DNA from: Pyrinomonadaceae bacterium
Lineage (GTDB): Bacteria; Acidobacteriota; Blastocatellia; Pyrinomonadales; Pyrinomonadaceae
Length of the DNA stretch: 64,000 bases
Assembly: GCA_041751035.1 (NCBI GenBank)
Contig: JBGSYH010000005.1
Location: 4,237-68,236 of the forward strand
Direction: 5' to 3'
Position numbers and translations under genes: made by a program. The notes beneath the pieces are model-generated. The model made no database searches, was not told the origin of the DNA, and worked only from the letters and a program-made list of their open reading frames with translations. Positions within the stretch are counted from its first letter, which is position 1. Each line of letters opens with the position of its first letter. Positions 19,872-27,702 of the stretch are shown one piece after another.

Positions 19872-21194
19872 TCAAAGAAGTCCGCGCTCTTTGACCCTGA
19901 GATAGCTTTCAAGCAATCGAGGGCCGAGAGTTTGAGTCGTTACGTCAAGAGCAAGACCACCAAGAGATTCAACAAGCCGAAGAGCAGATTCGCGTTGGTG
20001 AATGATCTCTTCTGCGGCAGATTGCCGAAAAACCTCGCGGATATCTTCGGGACCCACTGAAACCATCGCGTTCAAATCGCGATCGCCGATCGTCGCGACG
20101 AGCGGGAGATGCCGGGGCCGCAGGAGTTTCAATGAATTTATCAATTCCTTAGAACTGTGCCTATCGATCACGTCGGTCAGAATAACCACAAAAGCGCGCT
20201 TCTTCAGATTAGAGGAAATAAATTGAAACGCCCTTGCGTATGAAGGTTCAATCAATTCCGGTTCGAGGTCGTGCAAAGCTTCGAGTACGGCGTCCATGTG
20301 TCCAACCCCGCGCCTGGGGGGCAGAAATTTTCGAACGCGACGGCCAAAGACGACAATTCCGACATTGTCGCCGGCACGTGCACAAGCGGACATCAAGGCG
20401 AGCGTTGCGTGTATAGCCGTATCAAATTTCGTCTCGCCATCGATCCGGCCTGTCATCAGCCGACCGGCATCTATAGCAATAATAACCGTTTGATCGCGCT
20501 CTATCTGATACTGCCGCGTTGTTAGCTTTGAGCGGCGAGCGGTGGCCGTCCATGATATATGCCGTAATTCATCGCCGGGAACGTAATCGCGCATTGACTC
20601 GAACTCGCGACCCTCGCCGCGCCTTACAGCCTTTCGCTGTACGGCGATAAATGATTGGCTGCCGAGCGCTTTTAGTTCGATCTCGCGGGCACGCCGCATA
20701 TTCGGATAAACTTTTACCGATTCCGGCTCGCCGATATTAGTTTGGCACCAGACAAGGCCCAGCTTCGACAAATATCGGATAGCAGTTCGCCCAAATTCAT
20801 ATCTGCCGCGTTTCGGCGGCGTCACGCGATAAGAGAATTCAGCAGTTGAACGAGCACCGATATCAAGTTCCGTCTCTCGCGGATCGCCGAGCCGTAGTTC
20901 AGGTGGATACTCGTCTTTAACTTTTAGGTACAGGCCGCGCCGAGTGTTGTTCTCGATATGGAGCACTACGGTCGTCGGGTCGCCGATGGCAAAACGCTTG
21001 TCGAACTCACGCCTGATAGAAAAACCTTCGGGCAGCCGCCGGCTAACGAAATAATCGACGATGGCAGCAACGATCAACAAAATGTTGAACCCCAGAACTG
21101 CGTACCTGAGCCACGGCAGATTCCACGAGAGCGAAAGCGGGATCAGGCCCAAGGCGAGCAGAACATAGAACCGGGGTGAAAAGACAAATCGCAT
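19872..21194 (-). CDS. DUF58 domain-containing protein (vWA-like, MoxR-associated family)
   Basis: Two N-terminal TM helices and the REFESMRDYVPGDELRHISW motif characteristic of DUF58. Confidence 0.85.
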   Translation of the reverse strand: MRFVFSPRFYVLLALGLIPLSLSWNLPWLRYAVLGFNILLIVAAIVDYFVSRRLPEGFSIRREFDKRFAIGDPTTVVLHIENNTRRGLYLKVKDEYPPELRLGDPRETELDIGARSTAEFSYRVTPPKRGRYEFGRTAIRYLSKLGLVWCQTNIGEPESVKVYPNMRRAREIELKALGSQSFIAVQRKAVRRGEGREFESMRDYVPGDELRHISWTATARRSKLTTRQYQIERDQTVIIAIDAGRLMTGRIDGETKFDTAIHATLALMSACARAGDNVGIVVFGRRVRKFLPPRRGVGHMDAVLEALHDLEPELIEPSYARAFQFISSNLKKRAFVVILTDVIDRHSSKELINSLKLLRPRHLPLVATIGDRDLNAMVSVGPEDIREVFRQSAAEEIIHQRESALRLVESLGGLALDVTTQTLGPRLLESYLRVKERGLL

Positions 21195-21326
21195 TTTGCT
21201 TGGGGCAAATTATACAGGCGGCCAACCCCGTGGCAAAGCACTGCCTTAAATTCTCTCTCCGAAAAGCAACCTTATGCCGGGATCGGCGCTCTTAGGTATG
21301 TAAGAAACCACTGGAATAAACCGAAA

Positions 21327-21809
21327 ATGTTCAGAACTATTCTTTTTATCGCTGCGTTCGCAGCTCTTGCGGCGTGTGTCCTCGGTCAAGCTCCGGCCCA
21401 AGCCGATGCTTCGGTTGAGATCTATCTCGCGAAAGACGATGGGGAAGGTTTCGCCGGTGAAGCGGCAACCGAGTTCGCGCCCGGCGATATCCCGATCCAT
21501 TGCATCGTCAAGCTCGGTTCGCCTGAGCCGGCAACAGTAAAAATGACGTTGATTGCCGTAAAGGTTACCGGTGTTAAGGCCGGTATGCAGGTCGTTTCGG
21601 CAAGTTTCACGACAAGCGATGGCCAGAACGAGGTCTATTTTCAGGGCCGTCCGCATAAGCAATGGGTTCCGGGTATTTATCGAGCCGATATCATGATCAA
21701 TGAAGAAAAGGCTGGTTCGGTGGAGTTCACGGTCAAGGGAAACGCCCCGGCTGCGGGTGCTTCAAATTTCGTTCGTCCAAAGCCCAAACAGCCAACCCGA
21801 AAACCCTAA
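21327..21809 (+). CDS. Secreted hypothetical protein
   Basis: Clear signal peptide (MFRTILFIAAFAALAACVLGQA) and a beta-rich body. The antisense ORF 21246-21662 is rejected. Confidence 0.6.
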   Translation: MFRTILFIAAFAALAACVLGQAPAQADASVEIYLAKDDGEGFAGEAATEFAPGDIPIHCIVKLGSPEPATVKMTLIAVKVTGVKAGMQVVSASFTTSDGQNEVYFQGRPHKQWVPGIYRADIMINEEKAGSVEFTVKGNAPAAGASNFVRPKPKQPTRKP

Positions 21810-21863
21810 GCAAAAGAGCCGCGATCTAATGACCGCAGCTCCCTCTGTTCGCTTGAACAAAAA

Positions 21864-22202
21864 CTACCAACGATTGCGGCCACCGCCGTAACCGCCGCCA
21901 CCGCCGCCGCCTCCGCGGTTGCCGCGACCACCACCACCGCCTCCGCCAAATCCGCGGTCTTCGCGAGGTTTAGCTTCGTTCACCTTAAGGTTGCGGCCGT
22001 TGTGCTCTTTGCCATCGAGTTCGGCAATGGCCTTTTCGCCATCTTCTTTCGATGCCATTTCAACAAAACCAAAACCGCGCGAGCGGCCGGTTTCACGGTC
22101 TTCAACGACGTTAGCAGATTCGACAGTGCCGATCCCTGCAAAAAGTTCTTCAAGTTCAAAACTGGATGTCTGAAAAGACAGATTTCCAACGTAGAGTTTC
22201 AT
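21864..22202 (-). CDS. RRM-type RNA-binding protein with Gly/Arg-rich tail
   Basis: MKLYVGNL (RNP2) and RGFGFVEM (RNP1) motifs with a C-terminal GGGGGGRGNRGGGGGG tail. The true start is the ATG at 22202, not 22607. Confidence 0.9.
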   Translation of the reverse strand: MKLYVGNLSFQTSSFELEELFAGIGTVESANVVEDRETGRSRGFGFVEMASKEDGEKAIAELDGKEHNGRNLKVNEAKPREDRGFGGGGGGGRGNRGGGGGGGGYGGGRNRW

Positions 22203-22578
22203 TTTTAATTTTATGCGAATTTGTTGCCCGCAACTGGCAAGATCAAAAAGAAGCAACGAATTCGAATAGAATTTTGGGGGAAACGGTCTGCCCGCCAAGA
22301 CTCGGATTCGTAAAGCCCGAAAGCACTTCCAAACCAAATAACCAACCTGCCCTCGAACTTCCAAAACGCCGTCGAATCTAAAGCCTACCGTTCGTGGCGC
22401 ACCACCGTTGATGCACAAGAGAAGGACTAACATTGATACTGTCGCATTTAACCAAAGCCGAATGCAAGCCCTTTTTTCAAAATATTGCACTGCCCGCGAC
22501 CTATGTTTTACCTGTGCCGAATTCCCGTCAACATTCACGTTTGGATTTCGAAAGATCAGGTGTATCATTTCGACAACG

Positions 22579-23118
22579 ATGAACGAAGAATTTGTTACCC
22601 GGCTCAAGCGGGCATTTGACTACGCAACGATGGCGGAGATCGCACGGCGCCTTGATCTGCCGCACGCCACGATACGAAATTACTTCAACGGCCGGCTGCC
22701 GGCGCCCGAGGTTTTGATCAAGATAGCCGATGAAACTAATGTGTCGCTCAATTGGCTGCTCACGGGCCGCGGCGACATGTTCCTTTCCGGTGCCAAGATC
22801 GATATCGGGCGGCTGATCGATGAGCGGATCGAAGCCTTGATCGAACAAAAGATGTCGGGCCGTGTCGCCGAAGAGGTGCAAAACCTCGGGGCGATCGATG
22901 CACCGCCGCCTTTCGATGTCGAAGCCGCCGTCCGGCAGTTCGGTGATCCGGAACGCGTTATGAGCGAATGGTTCAAGTATGACGGCCGCGAATATCCGAC
23001 CGATTTTGGCATAGTTTTCTTCCAGGGCTGGGAAACATATACACATGCCGACCGCGTCGAGGCCGTCCGCGATGCGAAGAAAGTTCTCGACCGAACACTC
23101 CGCAATAAAACTAAGTAG
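22579..23118 (+). CDS. XRE/CI-like helix-turn-helix protein with unknown C-terminal domain
   Basis: HTH segment MAEIARRLDLPHATIRNYFNGRLPAPEVLIKIADETNVSLNWLLTG. ATG at 22579. Confidence 0.7.
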   Translation: MNEEFVTRLKRAFDYATMAEIARRLDLPHATIRNYFNGRLPAPEVLIKIADETNVSLNWLLTGRGDMFLSGAKIDIGRLIDERIEALIEQKMSGRVAEEVQNLGAIDAPPPFDVEAAVRQFGDPERVMSEWFKYDGREYPTDFGIVFFQGWETYTHADRVEAVRDAKKVLDRTLRNKTK

Positions 23119-23184
23119 TTCAAGGTTCAAGGTTCCAGGTTCAAAGTTCTCGTGTTTCGTTTCTCTGAGCAGGCTACGCGTTTC

Positions 23185-23256
23185 TGTGAAACACTTGAAA
23201 CAGCTGAAACACGTGAAACACCTGAAACACGTGAAACACCTGAAACAGCTGAAACG
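23185..23256. repeat. Tandem repeat, 8 x 9 nt (NNTGAAACA)
   Basis: Counted directly: tgtgaaaca cttgaaaca gctgaaaca cgtgaaaca cctgaaaca cgtgaaaca cctgaaaca gctgaaacg. Confidence 0.95.
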
Positions 23257-23262
23257 TGTTTT

Positions 23263-23409
23263 AGTCCCAAGTCCCAAGTCCCAAGTCCCAAGTCCAAAGT
23301 CCAAAGTCGAAAGTCGAAAGTTCAAAGTCCAAAGTCCAAAGTTCAAAGTCCAAAGTCCAAAGTCCAAAGTCCAAAGTCCAAAGTCCAAAGTCCAAAGTCC
23401 AAAGTCCCG
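23263..23409. repeat. Heptanucleotide microsatellite, 21 x 7 nt (AGTCCCA/AGTCCAA/AGTCGAA/AGTTCAA)
   Basis: Counted directly as 147 nt of uninterrupted 7-nt periodicity. It produces repetitive pseudo-ORFs (SPKSKVQ...) in several frames. Confidence 0.95.
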
Positions 23410-23482
23410 AGCCCAAAAACCACCTTCCGGTTTTATCGCATCTGTGATACACTCTTGCATCTGTTAAATCAACTCTCATGTT

Positions 23483-23932
23483 ATGCGTTTTTTCCTCGAA
23501 AAGATCGAAGCACTTAAATCGGGCTGGAACCGGCGGCCATTGGCCGAAACTGATTTTCATCGTCTCTGCCGGCGGCATAAGATCACGGTCCAGGAAATGC
23601 CGCTCAAGGTCAGCGGCTTTTATTATTCGATGATGGGCCGCCACTTTATCGCGATCGACAGCCGATTGCCGCCCGCGAAAAAGCTGTTTGTGATGTTTCA
23701 CGAATTCGCTCATTTCCTGCTGCATGCACCCGACCGCGGCGTTACCGCAAATTTCCACGGCATTGGCCGCAAGACCCGTAAGGAATGCGAAGCCGACCTT
23801 TTTGCCGCCGTCGCTTTGATCCCAAGAACGTGGCTCGAAACCCGCACGCCTCACGACATCACCACCGAAGAAGGCATCGACCCCGAAACCGTCGCCGAAC
23901 GCTTTCAAATTTTCAAAGACCGCGGGATCTAA
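23483..23932 (+). CDS. ImmA/IrrE-family (DUF955) zinc metallopeptidase
   Basis: HEXXH motif in MFHEFAHFLLH plus a downstream E(CEADLFA), at the size typical of ImmA/IrrE domains. Confidence 0.8.
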   Translation: MRFFLEKIEALKSGWNRRPLAETDFHRLCRRHKITVQEMPLKVSGFYYSMMGRHFIAIDSRLPPAKKLFVMFHEFAHFLLHAPDRGVTANFHGIGRKTRKECEADLFAAVALIPRTWLETRTPHDITTEEGIDPETVAERFQIFKDRGI

Positions 23933-23993
23933 GTTCAGAGTTCAAGCTTCAGCTTGCTTCTTCGTTCAGAGTCCAAGCTTTAGCTTGTTCTTT
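23933..23993 (+). repeat. Two direct REP-like units (GTTCAGAGTNCAAGCTTNAGCTTG)
   Basis: 23933-23962 and 23964-23993 each hold a 6-bp-stem hairpin caagct-NN-agcttg. They overlap the last codons of the RAYT ORF. Confidence 0.85.
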
Positions 23994-24674
23994 CGGAAAC
24001 ACATCCCATCCTTTCCCATAATCTAACACCGGAAATTCTTTCCAAATCCGAAGAACTTCGTCTCGGCCAAGTTCTTCAAGAAATTGGTGAGCACTCGAAT
24101 AAGGCCAATCCTGCCATTTTTCAACCAGACCATGATGAACTGCATTGTTGTGAATATAATTAACGCTCGCCCAATAGTGGCGGTTTGACTTCATGTCTCG
24201 GTCAAAGAAATTGAACCAAACCTTTCTGCCGGGTGTGTTGTCCTCAAGATTCCATAAGCGTGCGGTTCGACCATGCAGTATGCCGATCAGTTTTCGCAGC
24301 AGTGCCATTTCGGCAGTCGAGGCCAACAAGTGGTAATGATTCGGCAGGATAGTCCAAGAATGCAGCTTCGAATCAGCCTCCTGACAGGTTTTTAAAATTG
24401 CGACCTCAAACTCAGTTATTCGATCGATAGTTTTTCCGATTATCGAATGATGCAGATAACAGGCGGCTGTAATAATGAAGGTATTGGTGCCTTCAAAGTC
24501 GCGGTGCGGCGGGGAATGCCAAGGCATCCGCCGTATCTTTCGGCCCTCTAGAACTTGCTCCCGCTGTTTCTCGTTTAACTTTCGCCAAAGGTACATTGCG
24601 ATTTGAATTTTATGTTCTAAATTTGCCCGGTTGGCTCTAAATTCAATGTGCGAATTATTGGACATCAGAAACAT
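23949..24674 (-). CDS. REP-associated tyrosine transposase (IS200/Y1_Tnp-like, RAYT)
   Basis: HUH-type motif ILPNHYHLL and a C-terminal tyrosine motif VNYIHNNAVHHGLV, at ~240 aa as in RAYTs. Confidence 0.7.
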   Translation of the reverse strand: MFLMSNNSHIEFRANRANLEHKIQIAMYLWRKLNEKQREQVLEGRKIRRMPWHSPPHRDFEGTNTFIITAACYLHHSIIGKTIDRITEFEVAILKTCQEADSKLHSWTILPNHYHLLASTAEMALLRKLIGILHGRTARLWNLEDNTPGRKVWFNFFDRDMKSNRHYWASVNYIHNNAVHHGLVEKWQDWPYSSAHQFLEELGRDEVLRIWKEFPVLDYGKGWDVFPKEQAKAWTLNEEAS

Positions 24675-24696
24675 TTTTGCAATAAGTTAACAGTGA

Positions 24697-24780
24697 GTTC
24701 AGAGTACACGCTTCAGCGTGCGGTGCTGGCGAAAAGGCTTGATGGTCGGCGCCGGACAAGCTAAAGCTTGAACTCTGAAC
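24697..24780. repeat. Inverted pair of REP-like units (BIME-like)
   Basis: 24697-24721 gttcagagtacacgcttcagcgtgc is in plus orientation with a compensated stem cacgct/agcgtg. 24755-24780 gacaagctaaagcttgaactctgaac is the inverted copy. Confidence 0.85.
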
Positions 24781-24855
24781 TTTCGTAGTGACATCGCACG
24801 CGTTTTGGTCTATATTTCTTCCGTTCAACCCCAATAACTTTTTTCGGAGGCCGAA

Positions 24856-25569
24856 ATGGCAACCAACGATACTTTTGACCGTCGATCTTACGACCGCAGA
24901 TTGTTTCTGTGGGCGGCGATCGGTTTCGCCTTGCTCGCTTTTGCCGGTTTTGCCCAGACTTATTACCTCAAGCCCTTCATCCAGACGGTGCCGCTGCGGA
25001 CGATCACTCATTTTCACGGGCTGACGATGTCGGCATGGATCATACTTTTCGCCACGCAGGTCTTTTTGATCCGCTCGAAGAATGTCGCGCTTCACATGCG
25101 GCTCGGTTGGGCCGGTGTTGCTCTTGCGGTGGTGGTCATCGTCGTCGGGTTGGTCACCAGCATTGAGGCCGCGCGTAACGGAGTCGCACCCGGCGGGATC
25201 GATCCGCTTGCGTTCATGATCGTGCCGCTCGGTGACATGTTGGTCTTTGCGATCCTGTTCGGAGCGGCGATCTATTACAGAAAAGTTCCGGCCAACCATA
25301 AGCGGCTGCTGCTCGTAACGGCTTTCAACTTTCTGCCGCCGGCGGTCGGCCGCATTCCGTATGCACCGCTTGAGCTCGGGCCGCTGTGGTTCTACGGCTT
25401 TCCCGATCTGCTGATGCTTATCATTCTCGGCATTGATACGTGGAAGAACGGACGGTTGAACCGGGCTTTTGCTTTCGCGGCTGTATTTTTGATCGTCTCT
25501 CATGTCTTTCGAATTATGTTTATGTCGAGCGTCCCGTGGATGAACTTTGCGACGTGGCTTACAACCTGA
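24856..25569 (+). CDS. Integral membrane protein, unknown function
   Basis: 237 aa with about 6 predicted TM helices. The long antisense ORF 24655-25503 is rejected. Confidence 0.7.
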   Translation: MATNDTFDRRSYDRRLFLWAAIGFALLAFAGFAQTYYLKPFIQTVPLRTITHFHGLTMSAWIILFATQVFLIRSKNVALHMRLGWAGVALAVVVIVVGLVTSIEAARNGVAPGGIDPLAFMIVPLGDMLVFAILFGAAIYYRKVPANHKRLLLVTAFNFLPPAVGRIPYAPLELGPLWFYGFPDLLMLIILGIDTWKNGRLNRAFAFAAVFLIVSHVFRIMFMSSVPWMNFATWLTT

Positions 25570-25605
25570 TCCGAGTTTGATATCTTGCCACCGATCGCCT
25601 CGATC

Positions 25606-26955
25606 TTACTCAGAGAGCTTTCTCCTTAACAATTCAGTTTCGAGGCGTTCGCGTTCCGTGGTGCTTGACGGGTCTTCCCATTCGGTCTCAAGCTGAAGAT
25701 CGCCTAGGCCTTCGATCCGCAATGCGAACTGCATTATCTCAGCCCAGGTTTGACCGAAGGCGAACTGGCGGTCGCGCACCTTGGCGATAAAGCGGGATTC
25801 GGCTCGCAGGATCGCTTCGCCCGAAGGGAACCCACGCGTGTGCGGCAGCAGATAATACATCGGCGTACCGGTGACGGATGCCATGTCGATGCGAAAGCTG
25901 TCTTTTACTTTAAGGAACTGGTCGAGGTTCGCGGTGCCGAAATCGCCAAATTTCGCATCGGGATTTTGCGTTACCCAAAGATGATCGACGCCTGCCTTGA
26001 ACGGAGCGACGGCGTTACCATCATTGTCATATTCGATCTCTATGCCGGCGGCCCAACGTTGCCGATACGCCGAATATTCCATCGCGACCAGCATATCCAG
26101 AACAGATTTGTTCAGGCCATCTTGCACGGGTATCGCCGATTCCAGTTCCGAACGACCGAATGCACCGAGGTCTGCGTTGTTCGCGAAATGGAACACAGGA
26201 ACAGTGTTGTAGGGATTGGCGATGACGTGCATGTCCGGAATACCCTCGTGCTCCGCACTCGTGGGGACAGGAGTGTCCCCGCTCCCGTAGGGAATGAAGT
26301 CGCGGTGGTCGGGGAGCGTTGCTTCGCCGGGTTTGGCGGTGATGTACCGTTCGATGCGGTCGGCGTAAAAAAGATTGAGCCGCGTGTGCTTATCGGCGGT
26401 CCGCCAAAATTTAGCGGCGCGGATGATCCGGCCGGGATGGTCTTCATCATATGTCACCGAAACGTTCGCCGCACGGTTCGGATAGATCGCCGCCTTGCCT
26501 TCATCATCCGGCCAGACGATCGCATATGCATCGCCGCTAACGAGAGCTTCGCGATGGACCTCGCCAGAACGAAGCTGCATTCGGTTGCGATGCCAGATGT
26601 GTTCGAGAGGAGCGCGGACACTCTTGTCCGCATCGCCGGTTCCTCCGGCAAAATATTCGCGGCCCATCAAAGACTCCAACTCTTTCGCACTTGTTCGCGT
26701 CGAAGCGACGCTCATGGGGACATGAGTGTCCCCGCTCCTACGGAAGCCGGTGATGCGGAGTTTGTCGCGGACTGCGTCGCAGACCGCAGGGCAAAGGTTC
26801 ATCGCGAATTCGCGAAAGAGCGAGCCGAACGCGTTCTCAAATTTTTCGGTCGCGTAAGCCAGATCATGTTGGCCGCGATAGTAGCGTTCGGGCTTTGTGT
26901 ATCGCGCACCCGCGGTGCGGAAATTGTGAATTGCTTCTTCGATGTGTGTTTTCAT
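25606..26955 (-). CDS. Phage portal protein (SPP1 Gp6-like)
   Basis: About 450 aa. The C-terminal segment ...MYYLLPHTRGFPSGEAILRAESRFIAKVRDRQFAFGQTWAEIM resembles the conserved portal core. ATG at 26955 (MKTHIEEAI). Confidence 0.75.
   Translation of the reverse strand: MKTHIEEAIHNFRTAGARYTKPERYYRGQHDLAYATEKFENAFGSLFREFAMNLCPAVCDAVRDKLRITGFRRSGDTHVPMSVASTRTSAKELESLMGREYFAGGTGDADKSVRAPLEHIWHRNRMQLRSGEVHREALVSGDAYAIVWPDDEGKAAIYPNRAANVSVTYDEDHPGRIIRAAKFWRTADKHTRLNLFYADRIERYITAKPGEATLPDHRDFIPYGSGDTPVPTSAEHEGIPDMHVIANPYNTVPVFHFANNADLGAFGRSELESAIPVQDGLNKSVLDMLVAMEYSAYRQRWAAGIEIEYDNDGNAVAPFKAGVDHLWVTQNPDAKFGDFGTANLDQFLKVKDSFRIDMASVTGTPMYYLLPHTRGFPSGEAILRAESRFIAKVRDRQFAFGQTWAEIMQFALRIEGLGDLQLETEWEDPSSTTERERLETELLRRKLSE
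26263..26285. repeat. 23-nt palindromic repeat copy 1 inside portal CDS
   Basis: ggggacaggagtgtccccgctcc, with a 7-bp stem ggggaca/tgtcccc. Confidence 0.9.
26716..26738. repeat. 23-nt palindromic repeat copy 2 inside portal CDS
   Basis: ggggacatgagtgtccccgctcc matches copy 1 at 22/23 positions and lies 453 nt (151 codons) away. Confidence 0.9.
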
Positions 26956-26998
26956 AATGATGGTTGATCCGCCATGTGGCGGACGGTCTAAGCTTTGA

Positions 26999-27388
26999 TC
27001 AGCGAAGAATTGCGCCCAACGCAACACCCGCCGCAACGTCGCCGATCCGGCGCCAAACGGACGTTCGTTTTGTCTTTAGCCCGGCGATCAGCTTGTCCTG
27101 AGCGGTGATCACCGCGTCTTTGGCAGCGATCGTTTCGTTCTTTGCGGCGATGGCTTGTCTTAGCGCGTCGGTCTCGCTTTTACGTGTTTCGTTCAGTTCT
27201 TTGAGGACCGCGTTCGCCTGTTGTTCGGTATCGAGCCGCGTTTTTAATGCGGCGTTCTCGCGTTCGAGCGCTTCGATAAGGCGATCGGCGAGACGAAGTT
27301 CTTCGGTGCTATTTTGCCCGCTCACGGTGACGCTGAAGATCGCGGCGAGCAGCAGCGGAATCAGCAGAAAGTTTTTCAAGTTGTTCAT
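26999..27388 (-). CDS. Secreted/membrane coiled-coil protein (lysis-cassette position)
   Basis: The ATG at 27388 (MNNLKNFLLIPLLLAAIF...) gives a signal-like N-terminus, a coiled coil and a C-terminal hydrophobic segment. It overlaps the upstream gene by 80 nt in another frame. Confidence 0.5.
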   Translation of the reverse strand: MNNLKNFLLIPLLLAAIFSVTVSGQNSTEELRLADRLIEALERENAALKTRLDTEQQANAVLKELNETRKSETDALRQAIAAKNETIAAKDAVITAQDKLIAGLKTKRTSVWRRIGDVAAGVALGAILR

Positions 27389-27635
27389 CTTGATTGCGTG
27401 CGGCCGTCTCGATCTCTGTAAGCCTGGCTTCGAGATACGCGGCCTTTTCCTTGTAAATATTGGTCTGTTTTTCAAGCTCGTCGGAGCGTTGCTGTTGCTG
27501 GTCGGCGAGGTGTTTGGTCCTCTCAACGGCTTGTTCGAGCCTCGCGATTTGGATATACGAGCGGATCGAGTTTCCGATGATCAGGACCGCGATAAGCATC
27601 GCGGCGGCGAAGTAGAGTTTGTGTTTAAGGGTCAT
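27309..27635 (-). CDS. N-terminally anchored coiled-coil protein (i-spanin-like topology)
   Basis: 108 aa, with one N-terminal TM helix (LYFAAAMLIAVLIIG) followed by a charged coiled coil. Confidence 0.5.
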   Translation of the reverse strand: MTLKHKLYFAAAMLIAVLIIGNSIRSYIQIARLEQAVERTKHLADQQQQRSDELEKQTNIYKEKAAYLEARLTEIETAARNQDEQLEKLSADSAAARRDLQRHRERAK

Positions 27636-27650
27636 GGTTGTTCGTTAATT

Positions 27651-27686
27651 TGAAATTTCAGATCTGAGATCTGAGATTTCAGAATC
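27651..27686. repeat. Heptamer-periodic palindromic element
   Basis: In tgaaatttcagatctgagatctgagatttcagaatc, gatctga occurs twice in tandem and tcagatctga is a perfect palindrome. Confidence 0.7.
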
Positions 27687-27702
27687 GAAACGGGCACACT
27701 CC

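Larger units (their letters stand above)
23933..24780 (-). mobile_element. RAYT gene with flanking REP-like hairpins
   Basis: An IS200-like Y1 transposase ORF is bracketed by copies of the same hairpin repeat, two direct copies on one side and an inverted pair on the other. Confidence 0.7.

Noticed and set aside
21864-22607. Full 247-aa version of the RRM ORF
   Set aside because: The N-terminal 135 aa lack any RRM features. The canonical RNP2 start MKLYVGNL at the ATG at 22202 gives a typical 112-aa protein.
23186-23256. parS-like sequence (CACGTGAAACA half-sites)
   Set aside because: Only the right half of the TGTTTCACGTGAAACA palindrome is present; the left flank reads GAAACA rather than TGTTTC. 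There is no full 16-bp parS and no parAB genes nearby.
23185-23409. A repeat array that might be mistaken for a CRISPR array
   Set aside because: The units are 7-9 nt and directly tandem with no unique spacers, and no cas genes are nearby. It is a microsatellite.
22528-23908. Long ORFs across the microsatellite (22528-23460 minus, 23045-23467 plus, 23152-23517 plus, 23261-23908 minus) encoding SPKSKVQ/LDFGLWT repeats
   Set aside because: They are artefacts of stop-free 7-nt and 9-nt periodic DNA that is open in several frames on both strands. They also overlap the better-supported XRE and ImmA genes.
24655-25503. 282-aa minus-strand ORF
   Set aside because: It is antisense to a well-formed multi-TM protein gene (24856-25569). 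It has an Arg/Pro/Asp-rich low-complexity composition, and its C-terminus is just translated REP sequence.
25750-26967. 405-aa plus-strand ORF antisense to the portal gene
   Set aside because: It has an Arg-rich shadow-ORF composition and no recognisable motifs. The opposite strand encodes a portal-like protein.
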